From Solirubrobacterales bacterium (lineage in GTDB: Bacteria; Actinomycetota; Thermoleophilia; Solirubrobacterales; JACPNS01), in NCBI GenBank assembly GCA_049276635.1, contig JBASWU010000026.1, positions 2,282-66,281 on the forward strand: 64,000 bases of DNA, given 5' to 3'. The notes below the pieces were generated by a model. It worked only from the letters and a program-made list of their open reading frames with translations, did not search any database and was not told where the DNA came from. The position numbers and the translations under genes are program-made. Below, piece by piece: positions 44,399 to 54,456 of this stretch (position 1 is the stretch's first letter; the number at the start of each line of letters is the position of its first letter).

Positions 44399-45076
44399 GT
44401 GTCCGACACCACACACTTACTGCGGGCGCTTCCGCTCTTTGAGGATCTCAACGATCGTGAGCTGGAGGAACTCGCCTCGGTCGCCGTCCCGCGCGGTTTT
44501 CAGCGCGGCGAGGTGATCTTCCAAGAGGGATCCCAGGGCGACGTGCTTTACGTCGTTCGCGAAGGCCGCGTGTTGATCAAGCGCGAACACGCCGGTGGCC
44601 GCACGATCGCCCTGACCGAGATGGGAGCCGGGGACATCTTCGGCGAACTGGCGGTGTTCGACAAGGAGGTTCGCTCGGCGACGGTCGAGTGCGTCGAGCC
44701 GACCAAGGTCGTCGCGCTGACCTCCGGCGACGTCGGTCGTGTGCTGACCCGTAATCCCGAGATCGCGATGAAGGTGATCGTCTCGCTGAGCCGCCGTCTG
44801 CGCGCCGCGAACTTCAGGATCGGCGACCAGTATTTCCAGAGCACCGAAGGCCGGATCGTCAACGTCGTCCTCGGTCTCGCCGAGCAGCAAAATGGCCACG
44901 TCGCGCCCGGCACGTACGTTCGCGCAAACCAATCCGAGATCGCCCAGCTGGCGAGCACCTCGCGCGAGACGGTCAGCCGATTTCTCGCCAACTGCCAGCG
45001 CGCGGATTTACTCGAGACCTTCCGTGGTAGATTGCAGATCCGCGATCCAGAGGGTCTGCGCAGGATGGTCGTCTGA
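44399..45076 (+). CDS. Crp/Fnr-family transcriptional regulator
   Basis: cNMP-binding domain (LFEDLNDRELEEL, GDVLYVVREGRV, FGELAVFD, RSATVE) and a C-terminal HTH (QSEIAQLASTSRETVSRFL). GTG start. Confidence 0.85.
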   Translation: MSDTTHLLRALPLFEDLNDRELEELASVAVPRGFQRGEVIFQEGSQGDVLYVVREGRVLIKREHAGGRTIALTEMGAGDIFGELAVFDKEVRSATVECVEPTKVVALTSGDVGRVLTRNPEIAMKVIVSLSRRLRAANFRIGDQYFQSTEGRIVNVVLGLAEQQNGHVAPGTYVRANQSEIAQLASTSRETVSRFLANCQRADLLETFRGRLQIRDPEGLRRMVV

Positions 45077-45079
45077 CCC

Positions 45080-45478
45080 ATGTATGTACTGAACTTCTAC
45101 TCGCCGCTTTTCGCAGACCAGCTCAAGCGTGGCCGCAAGCAGGCGACCGTGCGGCTGGGCGACAAGAGTCACAAGTACCGCAAGGGCCATGTCGTGCTTG
45201 TCACGATCGGCCCCGAGCACACGCCGCGAGAGCGGATCTTCCAGGCCGTGATCGACTCGGTCGAGGTCAAGAAGGTCGCCGACCTTTCGCCGCGCGAGAT
45301 CGAGCTCGACAATCCCGAGTTTCGCCGCCTCGAAGACGAAGTGCGTTTCCTCAAGCAGATCTACTCCCGCGACATCATGATGGACGACATCGTCACGGTC
45401 GTGCGCTTCAGCGAGATTCTCGAACGGCCGGCGGGGATCGTCGAGCGCATGCGCGGCGACGCCGGGCACCAGAACTAG
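45080..45478 (+). CDS. ASCH-domain protein (YqfB-like)
   Basis: LNFYSPLFADQLKRGRKQATVRLGD..YRKGHVVLV parallels the [32 protein letters not shown] architecture of E. coli YqfB, as I recall it. 132 aa. Confidence 0.6.
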   Translation: MYVLNFYSPLFADQLKRGRKQATVRLGDKSHKYRKGHVVLVTIGPEHTPRERIFQAVIDSVEVKKVADLSPREIELDNPEFRRLEDEVRFLKQIYSRDIMMDDIVTVVRFSEILERPAGIVERMRGDAGHQN

Positions 45479-45505
45479 CGGCGGGCGCGTCTATCCGGGT
45501 GTTTT

Positions 45506-45563
45506 GGCGCAGGGGGTTACCCGCCTCCTCGCGGGGCTGCGGGGGCGGGTAACCCCCTGCGCC
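45506..45563. repeat. Perfect 20-bp inverted repeat (strong hairpin, possible terminator or insulator)
   Basis: GGCGCAGGGGGTTACCCGCC (45506-45525), an 18-nt loop, then GGCGGGTAACCCCCTGCGCC (45544-45563). There is no downstream T-tract on either strand; a T4 run precedes it on the plus strand. Confidence 0.85.
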
Positions 45564-45690
45564 ACGCGCGGCTTGCCGGGCGCCGTGGAATATGGGCTGG
45601 ATCGGATCGCCGGGTGTACGCGGGATCCGAGCGGTGTGGAGGATCGGGTAGCGAGAGTGCGAACGCGCGCTATGATGGGCCGTGCAAGCT

Positions 45691-45717
45691 TTGGCACTCG
45701 CCGACCGTGAGTGCCAA
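45691..45717 (+). promoter_or_regulatory. CIRCE operator (HrcA binding site) upstream of groES
   Basis: TTGGCACTC-N9-GAGTGCCAA matches the CIRCE consensus TTAGCACTC-N9-GAGTGCTAA apart from one symmetric substitution. It lies 94 nt upstream of the groES ATG. A possible -10 TATGAT is at 45671-45676. Confidence 0.85.
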
Positions 45718-45810
45718 AATAGCGGCAATTATCCCCAGAAATCCCTTTAAATAGACGTTTCGCCGGTCGGTAACCGCCGCCCGGAAAACGGTCTTGGAGG
45801 TCCAACAGAT

Positions 45811-47765
<1,955 letters not shown>

Positions 47766-47794
47766 GACCGATCCAACCGGATCGTTCTGGGAAA

Positions 47795-47824
47795 AGCCCG
47801 GCCTTCGCGCCGGGCTTTTTCTTT
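47795..47824 (+). terminator. Rho-independent terminator after groEL
   Basis: AGCCCGGC-CTTCGC-GCCGGGCT followed by TTTTTCTTT. Confidence 0.85.
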
Positions 47825-47900
47825 GTCCCCCGGGGTTGGAGCGAGCGCCCCACAGGGTGGGTCGCTCATGATCGGTGAGAATCTCCCGGGAACGACTCGG

Positions 47901-48815
47901 TCAGCTCGCCAGCACCTCGGCCATAGCCAGCGGCTGTACGCCGAGCGCTTCGACGTCGGCGGTCCCGCGCGTCGCCACCGACGGGTAATCCATCAGCGTC
48001 GCCTCGTCCCAGGTGGCGAGCGCGCTCGGTCCCAGATACCACTCCTGAAGCCGCAGGAGATTGTGGGCGAGCTTCGGCGGCAGGTGCAGCAACGGGCGGT
48101 GGCGGCCGAACGACGCCAGCGCCGCACGCAGCATCTCGTCGTGTGTCAGAACCTCGGGACCGGCAAGCTCGACGTAGTGGCTCCGGGTCGCCGAATCGCT
48201 GCGGCCCACCCCCGCGCCGACCCCTCCATCCTGGGTTAGAACCGCCGCCATAACCGCGTCGGCGGCGTCCTCGGCCCAGATCGGCTGAAACGCGGTCAGG
48301 CCGTCTCCCGGCACCGGCAACACCGGCAGGTGGGACAGCCTGCGCAGCAGCCCGATCCACCTGTCGGTCGGTGCGTAGATCACCGAGGCCTCAAAGATCA
48401 GCGACTCGAACCCGGCGGCGGCGACCGCGTCGCGCGCCAGCGCCTGCGTACGGATAAATCGCGAGGCGGCATACCGCGACGCACCGATCGAGCTGACGTA
48501 GACGAACCGCGCGACTCCGGCGCGTTGCGCGGCGTTGACCAACCGAGCCGTCGCCAGGCCATTGATCTCCTCGATCGAACCGCGCGTCTGGTCGCGCGTG
48601 GTCGCGCCCAAGTGGATGACCGTGTCAACCCCGCGCACCGCCCGTGCGAAGCCGCGCCGATCGCCGAGATTGCCGATCGCGATCTGCACCTGAACGCGCG
48701 CCGAGCCGAGCCTGCGCGGCTCGCGAACGAGGCAGCGGACCTCCGCGCCGGAGCCGGTTAAACGGTTCAGCAGAGGTCTTCCGAGGGTTCCGGTCGCGCC
48801 GGTGAGGAGGATCAT
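47901..48815 (-). CDS. NAD(P)H-binding atypical SDR (NmrA/NDUFA9-like)
   Basis: MILLTGATGTLGRPLLNRL Rossmann start, followed by VIHLGA and FVYVSSIGA. Start set to ATG 48815; the listed start 48911 adds 32 non-conserved residues. Confidence 0.7.
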   Translation of the reverse strand: MILLTGATGTLGRPLLNRLTGSGAEVRCLVREPRRLGSARVQVQIAIGNLGDRRGFARAVRGVDTVIHLGATTRDQTRGSIEEINGLATARLVNAAQRAGVARFVYVSSIGASRYAASRFIRTQALARDAVAAAGFESLIFEASVIYAPTDRWIGLLRRLSHLPVLPVPGDGLTAFQPIWAEDAADAVMAAVLTQDGGVGAGVGRSDSATRSHYVELAGPEVLTHDEMLRAALASFGRHRPLLHLPPKLAHNLLRLQEWYLGPSALATWDEATLMDYPSVATRGTADVEALGVQPLAMAEVLAS

Positions 48816-48913
48816 TGAAACGTGGTCAAAATTGGTTCCTAACGGTTTTCGCCGTTGTCGCCGAAAAGCTTGTCTAAAATGCGTTTTCGCGCCCAAGTCC
48901 AAAAGGAGCAAAG

Positions 48914-49177
48914 TTGGCCTACGTAATCGCAGAGCCTTGTATTGGAACCAAAGATAATTCGTGTGTAGAGGTCTGCCCGGTCGACTGCATTCACCCGACC
49001 CCCGACGAGCCGACCTACGATTCCGTCGAGCAGCTCTACATCAACCCCGACGAGTGCATCGACTGCGATGCCTGCGTCGAGGCCTGCCCGGTCGACGCCT
49101 GCTTCGCCGAGGACCAGGTCCCCGACGAGTGGAAGGGCTTCATCCCGATCAACGCCGAGTTCTTCAACGCGGCGTAG
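48914..49177 (+). CDS. fdxA: 7Fe ferredoxin (3Fe-4S plus 4Fe-4S, FdxA type)
   Basis: CIGTKDNSCVEVCP and CIDCDACVEACP cluster motifs. TTG start preceded by AAAGGAG. Confidence 0.9.
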   Translation: MAYVIAEPCIGTKDNSCVEVCPVDCIHPTPDEPTYDSVEQLYINPDECIDCDACVEACPVDACFAEDQVPDEWKGFIPINAEFFNAA

Positions 49178-49238
49178 GGACGACCGCCTGGCTGCGACTA
49201 CCGGCCGCGACCACGTCTGTAATCAATGGCCAGATGAG

Positions 49239-49268
49239 CAGAGCCCCGGCGTCCTGGCCGGGGCTCTG
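49239..49268. terminator. GC-rich 12-bp perfect hairpin between convergent genes (possible bidirectional terminator)
   Basis: CAGAGCCCCGGC-GTCCTG-GCCGGGGCTCTG. There is no clear U-tract. Confidence 0.45.
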
Positions 49269-49353
49269 GTCTGGATCCCTTGGGGGAGGGGATTTATGGG
49301 GATGCCGGAATACGGCGGGAAAGCCGCGATCCTGCGGCTTGGTTTAAGCGGGG

Positions 49354-49989
49354 TTAGAAACTGATGCGCTTCTCGATCCGCGCCTGAGCCTTGTCGAGCT
49401 GCTCCTGCGCCTTGTCGATCTGGGTCTCGAGCGACTCCTGGACGTCCTTGAAACGGCTCTCGATCTCGTCGCCGACGGACGTCAGGCGGTCCTCGATGCG
49501 CTTGCGCTGGGTGGAAATCGAGTTCTCGATGTCCTTGCGCTGGGCGGTGACCGTCTTCTCGATGTCCTTGCGCTGCTTGCGTAGCTCGCGCTCGGCGCGC
49601 GTACGCTGCTTGCGAGCCTCGCGCTCGACCTTGTTGCTAAAGGTCTTGCCGCGCCGCTCGAACTTCTTGAGCTTGGTCTCGACGCCATCGCGCGAAGTGA
49701 AAGGCTCGACGAAGTCGGCGATTCCGTCGCGGACCTCGAGCGCGAGGCCAACCGGGACCAAAACGGCCTTCTCGGCGTAGGTCTCAAACGTGCTCTTGAC
49801 CTCGCCGGTCGCTTTCTTGGTCGTGGTCTTTGCCGACGTCGCCGTGGCCTTGGCCTGAGTGCTTGCGCTGGTCGTCTTACGTGCAGACGTCTTGCGTACG
49901 GCAGACTTGCGTGCCGCGGGCTTGCGCGCCGCTGTCTTGCGTGCCGCGGGCTTCTTGGCCGCGGGCTTCTGGGTGGTGGTGGCTGCCAT
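49354..49989 (-). CDS. Lys/Ala-rich basic N-terminal repeat protein with C-terminal coiled coil (histone H1-like / HbhA- or PhaF-like)
   Basis: N-terminus KPAAKKPAARKTAARKPAARKSAVRKTSARK. The C-terminal half is charged and heptad-like, with internal repeats (RKQRKDIEKTVTAQRKDIENSISTQRKRIE). An AT-rich promoter-like region and GGAGG lie upstream. Confidence 0.6.
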   Translation of the reverse strand: MAATTTQKPAAKKPAARKTAARKPAARKSAVRKTSARKTTSASTQAKATATSAKTTTKKATGEVKSTFETYAEKAVLVPVGLALEVRDGIADFVEPFTSRDGVETKLKKFERRGKTFSNKVEREARKQRTRAERELRKQRKDIEKTVTAQRKDIENSISTQRKRIEDRLTSVGDEIESRFKDVQESLETQIDKAQEQLDKAQARIEKRISF

Positions 49990-50198
49990 TAGCGCCTTTC
50001 CTCCGTAAGTTTATTAGAAGTAATAATGTCAGAACTATACAACACCCGGCCGACCGATGCGTTACACCGACGTGGCGGGACAAGAATTCGGCCGTGCAGG
50101 CGCCGCGTCAAGCATCCGTGTCGAGCGATTCGGGTGTTGGAATCTGCAATCGGCGGATGCCGGCCTCGCTGCGACCAGGACCCTCGATCAAGCGGCGA

Positions 50199-51065
50199 TC
50201 AGAGCCCGAGCGCGTCGATCAAAAACCGTGCGCGGCGTTCGTCGCGTGCGGCGGCGACCGGTTTGAACGGCGCCAGGTCCAGCGGCGCCGCGAGCGGCGT
50301 GTCGGCGTCGCCGAAGATCACGTGGCCGCCGGCCTCGCGCACGATCAGCTGGCCGGCCGCCGCGTCGATCGAGCGGCAGGCGCGTAGCGAGAGCATGCCG
50401 TCGTAGCGAGCCGCGGCCACCTGGCAAAGCGTCAGCGCGATCGATCCGATTGAGCGAATCCGCTGGACGTGGCCGTCGAAGACGCCGAGCAGCGCGCTGG
50501 TCAGAAAAACCGGCTTCGTCGATTCCAGCCCGACGACCTCGAGTTTGTTGCCGGCCTGAGTCGGGTCGATCGGCTCGCCGTCGAGGTACGCGCCCTCGCC
50601 GCGCCGGGCGATCCATTCCTCGCCGCTGCCGAAGTCGTAGACGAATCCGTACACGACGTCTTCCATCGTGTCGCCGGTGGCAATCGCCAGCGAGAGCGAG
50701 TACGACTGGGCCGCGCGCTTGGCGTTGAGCGAGCCGTCGATCGGATCGACGACGACCTTTACGCCGGTGGCGCCGAAATCGATTATCCCGCGCTCCTCGG
50801 AGATCGCCACGAAGGCAGCGCCGTGATCGCGCGACTCGCGCTCGAGCACGGCGAAGACGGCGTCCTCGGCAACCTCGTCGATCACCAGGGTGTTGTCGCC
50901 GCCGGCGCCACGGCCGACACCGACGCTGCGCTCGGCGAAGGTCGGAAACTTCGCCAGCCCGGCGCGCATGTCGACGACCATTTCGCGGCAGAGCGCGGTC
51001 CAATCGAGATCGAGCGCGACCTGCTCGGCCGGCGATACTGCCCGATTGACGCCGCTTGCTTCCAT
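50199..51065 (-). CDS. Inositol monophosphatase / FBPase-family phosphatase
   Basis: ISEERG, VVVDPIDGSLN and RSIDAAAGQLIVREAGG (equivalent to the WDxAAG motif). Start set to ATG 51065; the Arg-rich extension up to 51191 looks spurious. Confidence 0.8.
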   Translation of the reverse strand: MEASGVNRAVSPAEQVALDLDWTALCREMVVDMRAGLAKFPTFAERSVGVGRGAGGDNTLVIDEVAEDAVFAVLERESRDHGAAFVAISEERGIIDFGATGVKVVVDPIDGSLNAKRAAQSYSLSLAIATGDTMEDVVYGFVYDFGSGEEWIARRGEGAYLDGEPIDPTQAGNKLEVVGLESTKPVFLTSALLGVFDGHVQRIRSIGSIALTLCQVAAARYDGMLSLRACRSIDAAAGQLIVREAGGHVIFGDADTPLAAPLDLAPFKPVAAARDERRARFLIDALGL

Positions 51066-54000
51066 GGCGGCACCGTATCCTAAGAGGCGTGAGCGATGTT
51101 CCCGAGCAGACCGGCGACGCCGAGCAATATCCACCCGCGGACGATACCGGCCTGGCGACGGCGCTGTTGACCGACGATCGCGAAGCCGCACTCGAAGGAC
51201 TCAACGAGGCGCAACGCGAGGCGGTGACGCACCTCGGCGGACCGCTGCTGATCGTCGCCGGCGCCGGCAGCGGCAAGACCCGCACGCTGACCAAGCGCTT
51301 CGAGTGGCTGGTGCGCAGCGGAGTACCCGGCGAGCGCATACTCGCGCTGACATACACCAGCGACGCCGCCGCCGAGCTCGCCGAACGCATCGAGGCCGCG
51401 CTCGGCGAACACATCGAGGAGACCAACGCCACAACCTTTCACTCGCTGTGCATGAACGTGCTGCGCGACGAGGCCGGCGCGGCCGGACTCAACCCGTTCT
51501 TCTCGACGGCGACCGGCCCGGACCGCGTGGCGATCATGCTTGCCCGTCTGAACGAGCTGAACTTCGACCGCCTCGCGCTGCGCGGCAACCCGGCCGCCGT
51601 GATCGGCGAGATGCTCGGAATGATCGACCGTCTCAAGGAGGAGTGTCAGGGACCCGAGGATCTGCTCCGGTTCGCAGAGGGTTCGCTGGCCGACGCCGTC
51701 GACCCCGACGCGCGCGAGACCGCCGAGCTGTTGATCGAACAGGCGCGCTTCTACGCGATGCACGAGCAGTTCCTCCGTGATGCCGCGGCGCTCGACTTCG
51801 GAGGGATGCAGTTCGAGTTCCACAAGCTGCTCGCCGGCGACGAGGCCGTCCGCCGGCGCATCGCCCGCCGCTACGACCACGTGCTCGTCGACGAGTTTCA
51901 GGACACCTCGTACGTGCAGCTTGAGATCCTGCGGATGCTTGTCAGCGATCACCACAACATCGCCGCCGTCGGCGACGACGACCAGTCGATCTACCGCTTC
52001 CGCGGAGCCTCACCGCGCAGCATCCGCAACTTCGGCGACCGCTTCGGCGAGCATCGCCGCGTTGAGCTCGAACTCAACTACCGCTCGGCGCCACCGATCA
52101 TCGACGCGGCTCGCGCGGTCGTCGGCCTGATTGATCCCGAGCGTCGCGTCGACAAGGACCTAACCGCCGCCACCGACAAGACCGGCGGGGTGCACTTCTG
52201 GCACGGCGCCAGTGAAGTTGCCGAGGCGCAGGCGATCGTCGGCGAGATCGAGCGGCTGATCGCCGACGAGGGCGCCGAGCCACGCGAGATCTGCGTGCTG
52301 GTCCACAAGCGCAATCACGCGAACGTGCTGATCGACCGGCTCGGCGTGCATCAGATCCCCTATCTGCTCGATACCAAGGACTTCTTCCAGCGCTCCGAGA
52401 TCCGCGTGCCGCTGAGCTGGCTGAAGGTGCTCGCCAATCCGACTCTCAACGAGGACGCCTGGCGCATGCTCACGGCCGCTCCGGTCAAGCTCGACAGCGC
52501 CGAGTACGCCGCGCTGATGCGCTGGATGAGCAAGAACAAGCATCCGCACGTCGTCGCGGCTTTGCGCAGCGCCGGGCGCGGAAAGCAGTTTTCACCCGCG
52601 ACGCTCGACAAGATCCGCGCCTTTGTCGAGACCTACGACGCCGCCGCCGAGCTGCTCGATGAGCTGCGTCCCGGCGAGTTCATAATCCGTCTGATCAACC
52701 GCATCTCGCTGAAGGGCGAGATCCTGATGCGGAGCGGCGGCTCGGCGCCCGACCGGCTCGTCAACCTCGGCAAGCTGCAACGGCTGGCCGAGGAGTTCGG
52801 GGGGCGGCGCCCACAGGCGACCGCGCGCGAGTTCGCGCTCTACATCACGGCGATGGCCGAAGCGGGATTCAACGAGCAGAGCGAAGTCGCCGAGCACGAT
52901 CCCAACAGCGTTCGCGTGATGACGACGCACGGATCAAAGGGTCTCGAGTTCGAGTATGTCTTTGTTCCCGGGATGGTCAACGGGCGCTGGCCGGGCTCGC
53001 TCCGAGGCGACAGGTTCGCGATTCCCGAGGCGCTCGAGCGCGAACGCGCGACCCCGCCGGCAGGCAAGAACCCGCGTCGCGAGGCTCACGTCGAGGAGAC
53101 CCGCCGCCTGATCCACGTCGCGATGACCCGCGCACGCAGACAACTGGTGCTGAGCTGGTTTGACGCCGATCTACGCGGGCACAAGGTGTCCCCGTTCTAC
53201 AGCGAGGCGCTCGAACTGACCGGTGGCGAACAGGTCGAGTTCGCCGAACTCGATTTCGAGGCGCCCGAGTTTGTCTTCGCCGAGATGGAGGACCTGCGCG
53301 CGCGCCTGATGCGCGCGGTCGACGCGACCGGCGCCCAGCTCGGTGAGTTGCGGCTCGACGCCCACTCCGACACGCCCTCGGATTTCGCCCGCTTCGCCGA
53401 GCTGATCAAGCTCAGCGCGATCACCCACCGGCTGCGTCACGGCCAGACGATCGGCGACGCCCTGCCGGAGATCAACGACATGCTCAAGAGCTCGATGTCG
53501 CCGGCCCAGCGCAGCGAATTCGAGAACTCCGAGCTCGACCAGCGACTGCTGGCCGGCGAGCACCGCGTCGCGGGACTCGGCGAAGCGATCGCATCGCTCT
53601 CGCCACAGCTATCCAACTACATCCCCGTCGTCGGCGACCGGCTGCGCCTGAGCGCATCGGACATCGGCGTGTACCAGCGCTGCCCGAAGATGTACGAATA
53701 CGAAAAGGTGATGCGCGTGCCGACGCGCGAGCAGAGCGCGCTGCGCCTGGGAATCCTCGTCCACACGGTGCTCGATCGCTACCACCGCGACCTCGATCCC
53801 GAAGACCTGCCCGACCCCGACGGCTGCCGGGAGCGGATCGTCGCGCTGCTCGACTCGGCGATAGCGACCGGTGGCTGGGGCGGCTCTGACGACGACCGCC
53901 AGCTGCTCGACCGCGCTCGCACGATGCTCGACAACTACGCCGCCAGCGACTTCGCCCGCCCCGCCGGCCGCGTCGAGACCGAGACGAAGTTCAGCCTCCA

Positions 54001-54424
54001 GCTGCCGCCGTCGCCGGCGATGGCCGACACCCCGGTCGGCGGCAGGCGCCTGACCGGCATCCAGATCAACGGCAAGATCGACCGCATCGAACTGCTCGGC
54101 GACGGCACGACGCGCGTGATCGACTACAAGACCGGCGCGAAGAAGTCGGCCGGCGAGGTAGCCAAGGACCTACAGCTGGCGCTCTACCGGATCGCCGCGT
54201 CCGAGGTGCTCGGGATCGATGCTTCGTCGCTGATCTACTACTTCCTCGAGCACGACGCCGCCGTCGTCGAGGCAACCGCGTCGGACGAACGCATCGCCGA
54301 GGTCCGCGAGACGATCCGCGAGGTCGCCGACGCGATCGTCCGCCAGGACTTCACCCCTGCCCCCGAACACATGAAGTGCAAGTTCTGCGCCTTCAGCCAC
54401 GTCTGCCCGGCAACCGAGGCGTAG
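51056..54424 (+). CDS. UvrD/PcrA-family SF1 helicase fused to a C-terminal PD-(D/E)XK nuclease with Cas4/AddB-type 4-Cys motif
   Basis: Walker A AGAGSGKTRTL, motif II VDEFQDTS, VGDDDQSIYRFRGA, TTHGSKGLEFEYVF and MTRARRQL. The C-terminal domain carries YQRCPKMYEYE, IDRIEL..VIDYKTG and CKFCAFSHVCP. The start is ATG 51056 or GTG 51089. Confidence 0.85.
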   Translation: MLPWRHRILRGVSDVPEQTGDAEQYPPADDTGLATALLTDDREAALEGLNEAQREAVTHLGGPLLIVAGAGSGKTRTLTKRFEWLVRSGVPGERILALTYTSDAAAELAERIEAALGEHIEETNATTFHSLCMNVLRDEAGAAGLNPFFSTATGPDRVAIMLARLNELNFDRLALRGNPAAVIGEMLGMIDRLKEECQGPEDLLRFAEGSLADAVDPDARETAELLIEQARFYAMHEQFLRDAAALDFGGMQFEFHKLLAGDEAVRRRIARRYDHVLVDEFQDTSYVQLEILRMLVSDHHNIAAVGDDDQSIYRFRGASPRSIRNFGDRFGEHRRVELELNYRSAPPIIDAARAVVGLIDPERRVDKDLTAATDKTGGVHFWHGASEVAEAQAIVGEIERLIADEGAEPREICVLVHKRNHANVLIDRLGVHQIPYLLDTKDFFQRSEIRVPLSWLKVLANPTLNEDAWRMLTAAPVKLDSAEYAALMRWMSKNKHPHVVAALRSAGRGKQFSPATLDKIRAFVETYDAAAELLDELRPGEFIIRLINRISLKGEILMRSGGSAPDRLVNLGKLQRLAEEFGGRRPQATAREFALYITAMAEAGFNEQSEVAEHDPNSVRVMTTHGSKGLEFEYVFVPGMVNGRWPGSLRGDRFAIPEALERERATPPAGKNPRREAHVEETRRLIHVAMTRARRQLVLSWFDADLRGHKVSPFYSEALELTGGEQVEFAELDFEAPEFVFAEMEDLRARLMRAVDATGAQLGELRLDAHSDTPSDFARFAELIKLSAITHRLRHGQTIGDALPEINDMLKSSMSPAQRSEFENSELDQRLLAGEHRVAGLGEAIASLSPQLSNYIPVVGDRLRLSASDIGVYQRCPKMYEYEKVMRVPTREQSALRLGILVHTVLDRYHRDLDPEDLPDPDGCRERIVALLDSAIATGGWGGSDDDRQLLDRARTMLDNYAASDFARPAGRVETETKFSLQLPPSPAMADTPVGGRRLTGIQINGKIDRIELLGDGTTRVIDYKTGAKKSAGEVAKDLQLALYRIAASEVLGIDASSLIYYFLEHDAAVVEATASDERIAEVRETIREVADAIVRQDFTPAPEHMKCKFCAFSHVCPATEA

Positions 54425-54456
54425 GCCCGCTCTCGGTGTCAGGGCTTCCAGCTGAG

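Noticed and set aside
45648-45676. A full sigma-70/SigA-type promoter for groES (TATGAT -10 at 45671-45676)
   Set aside because: The -10 is plausible, but the best -35 at proper spacing (TAGCGA) matches only 3/6 positions, so I annotated only the CIRCE operator.
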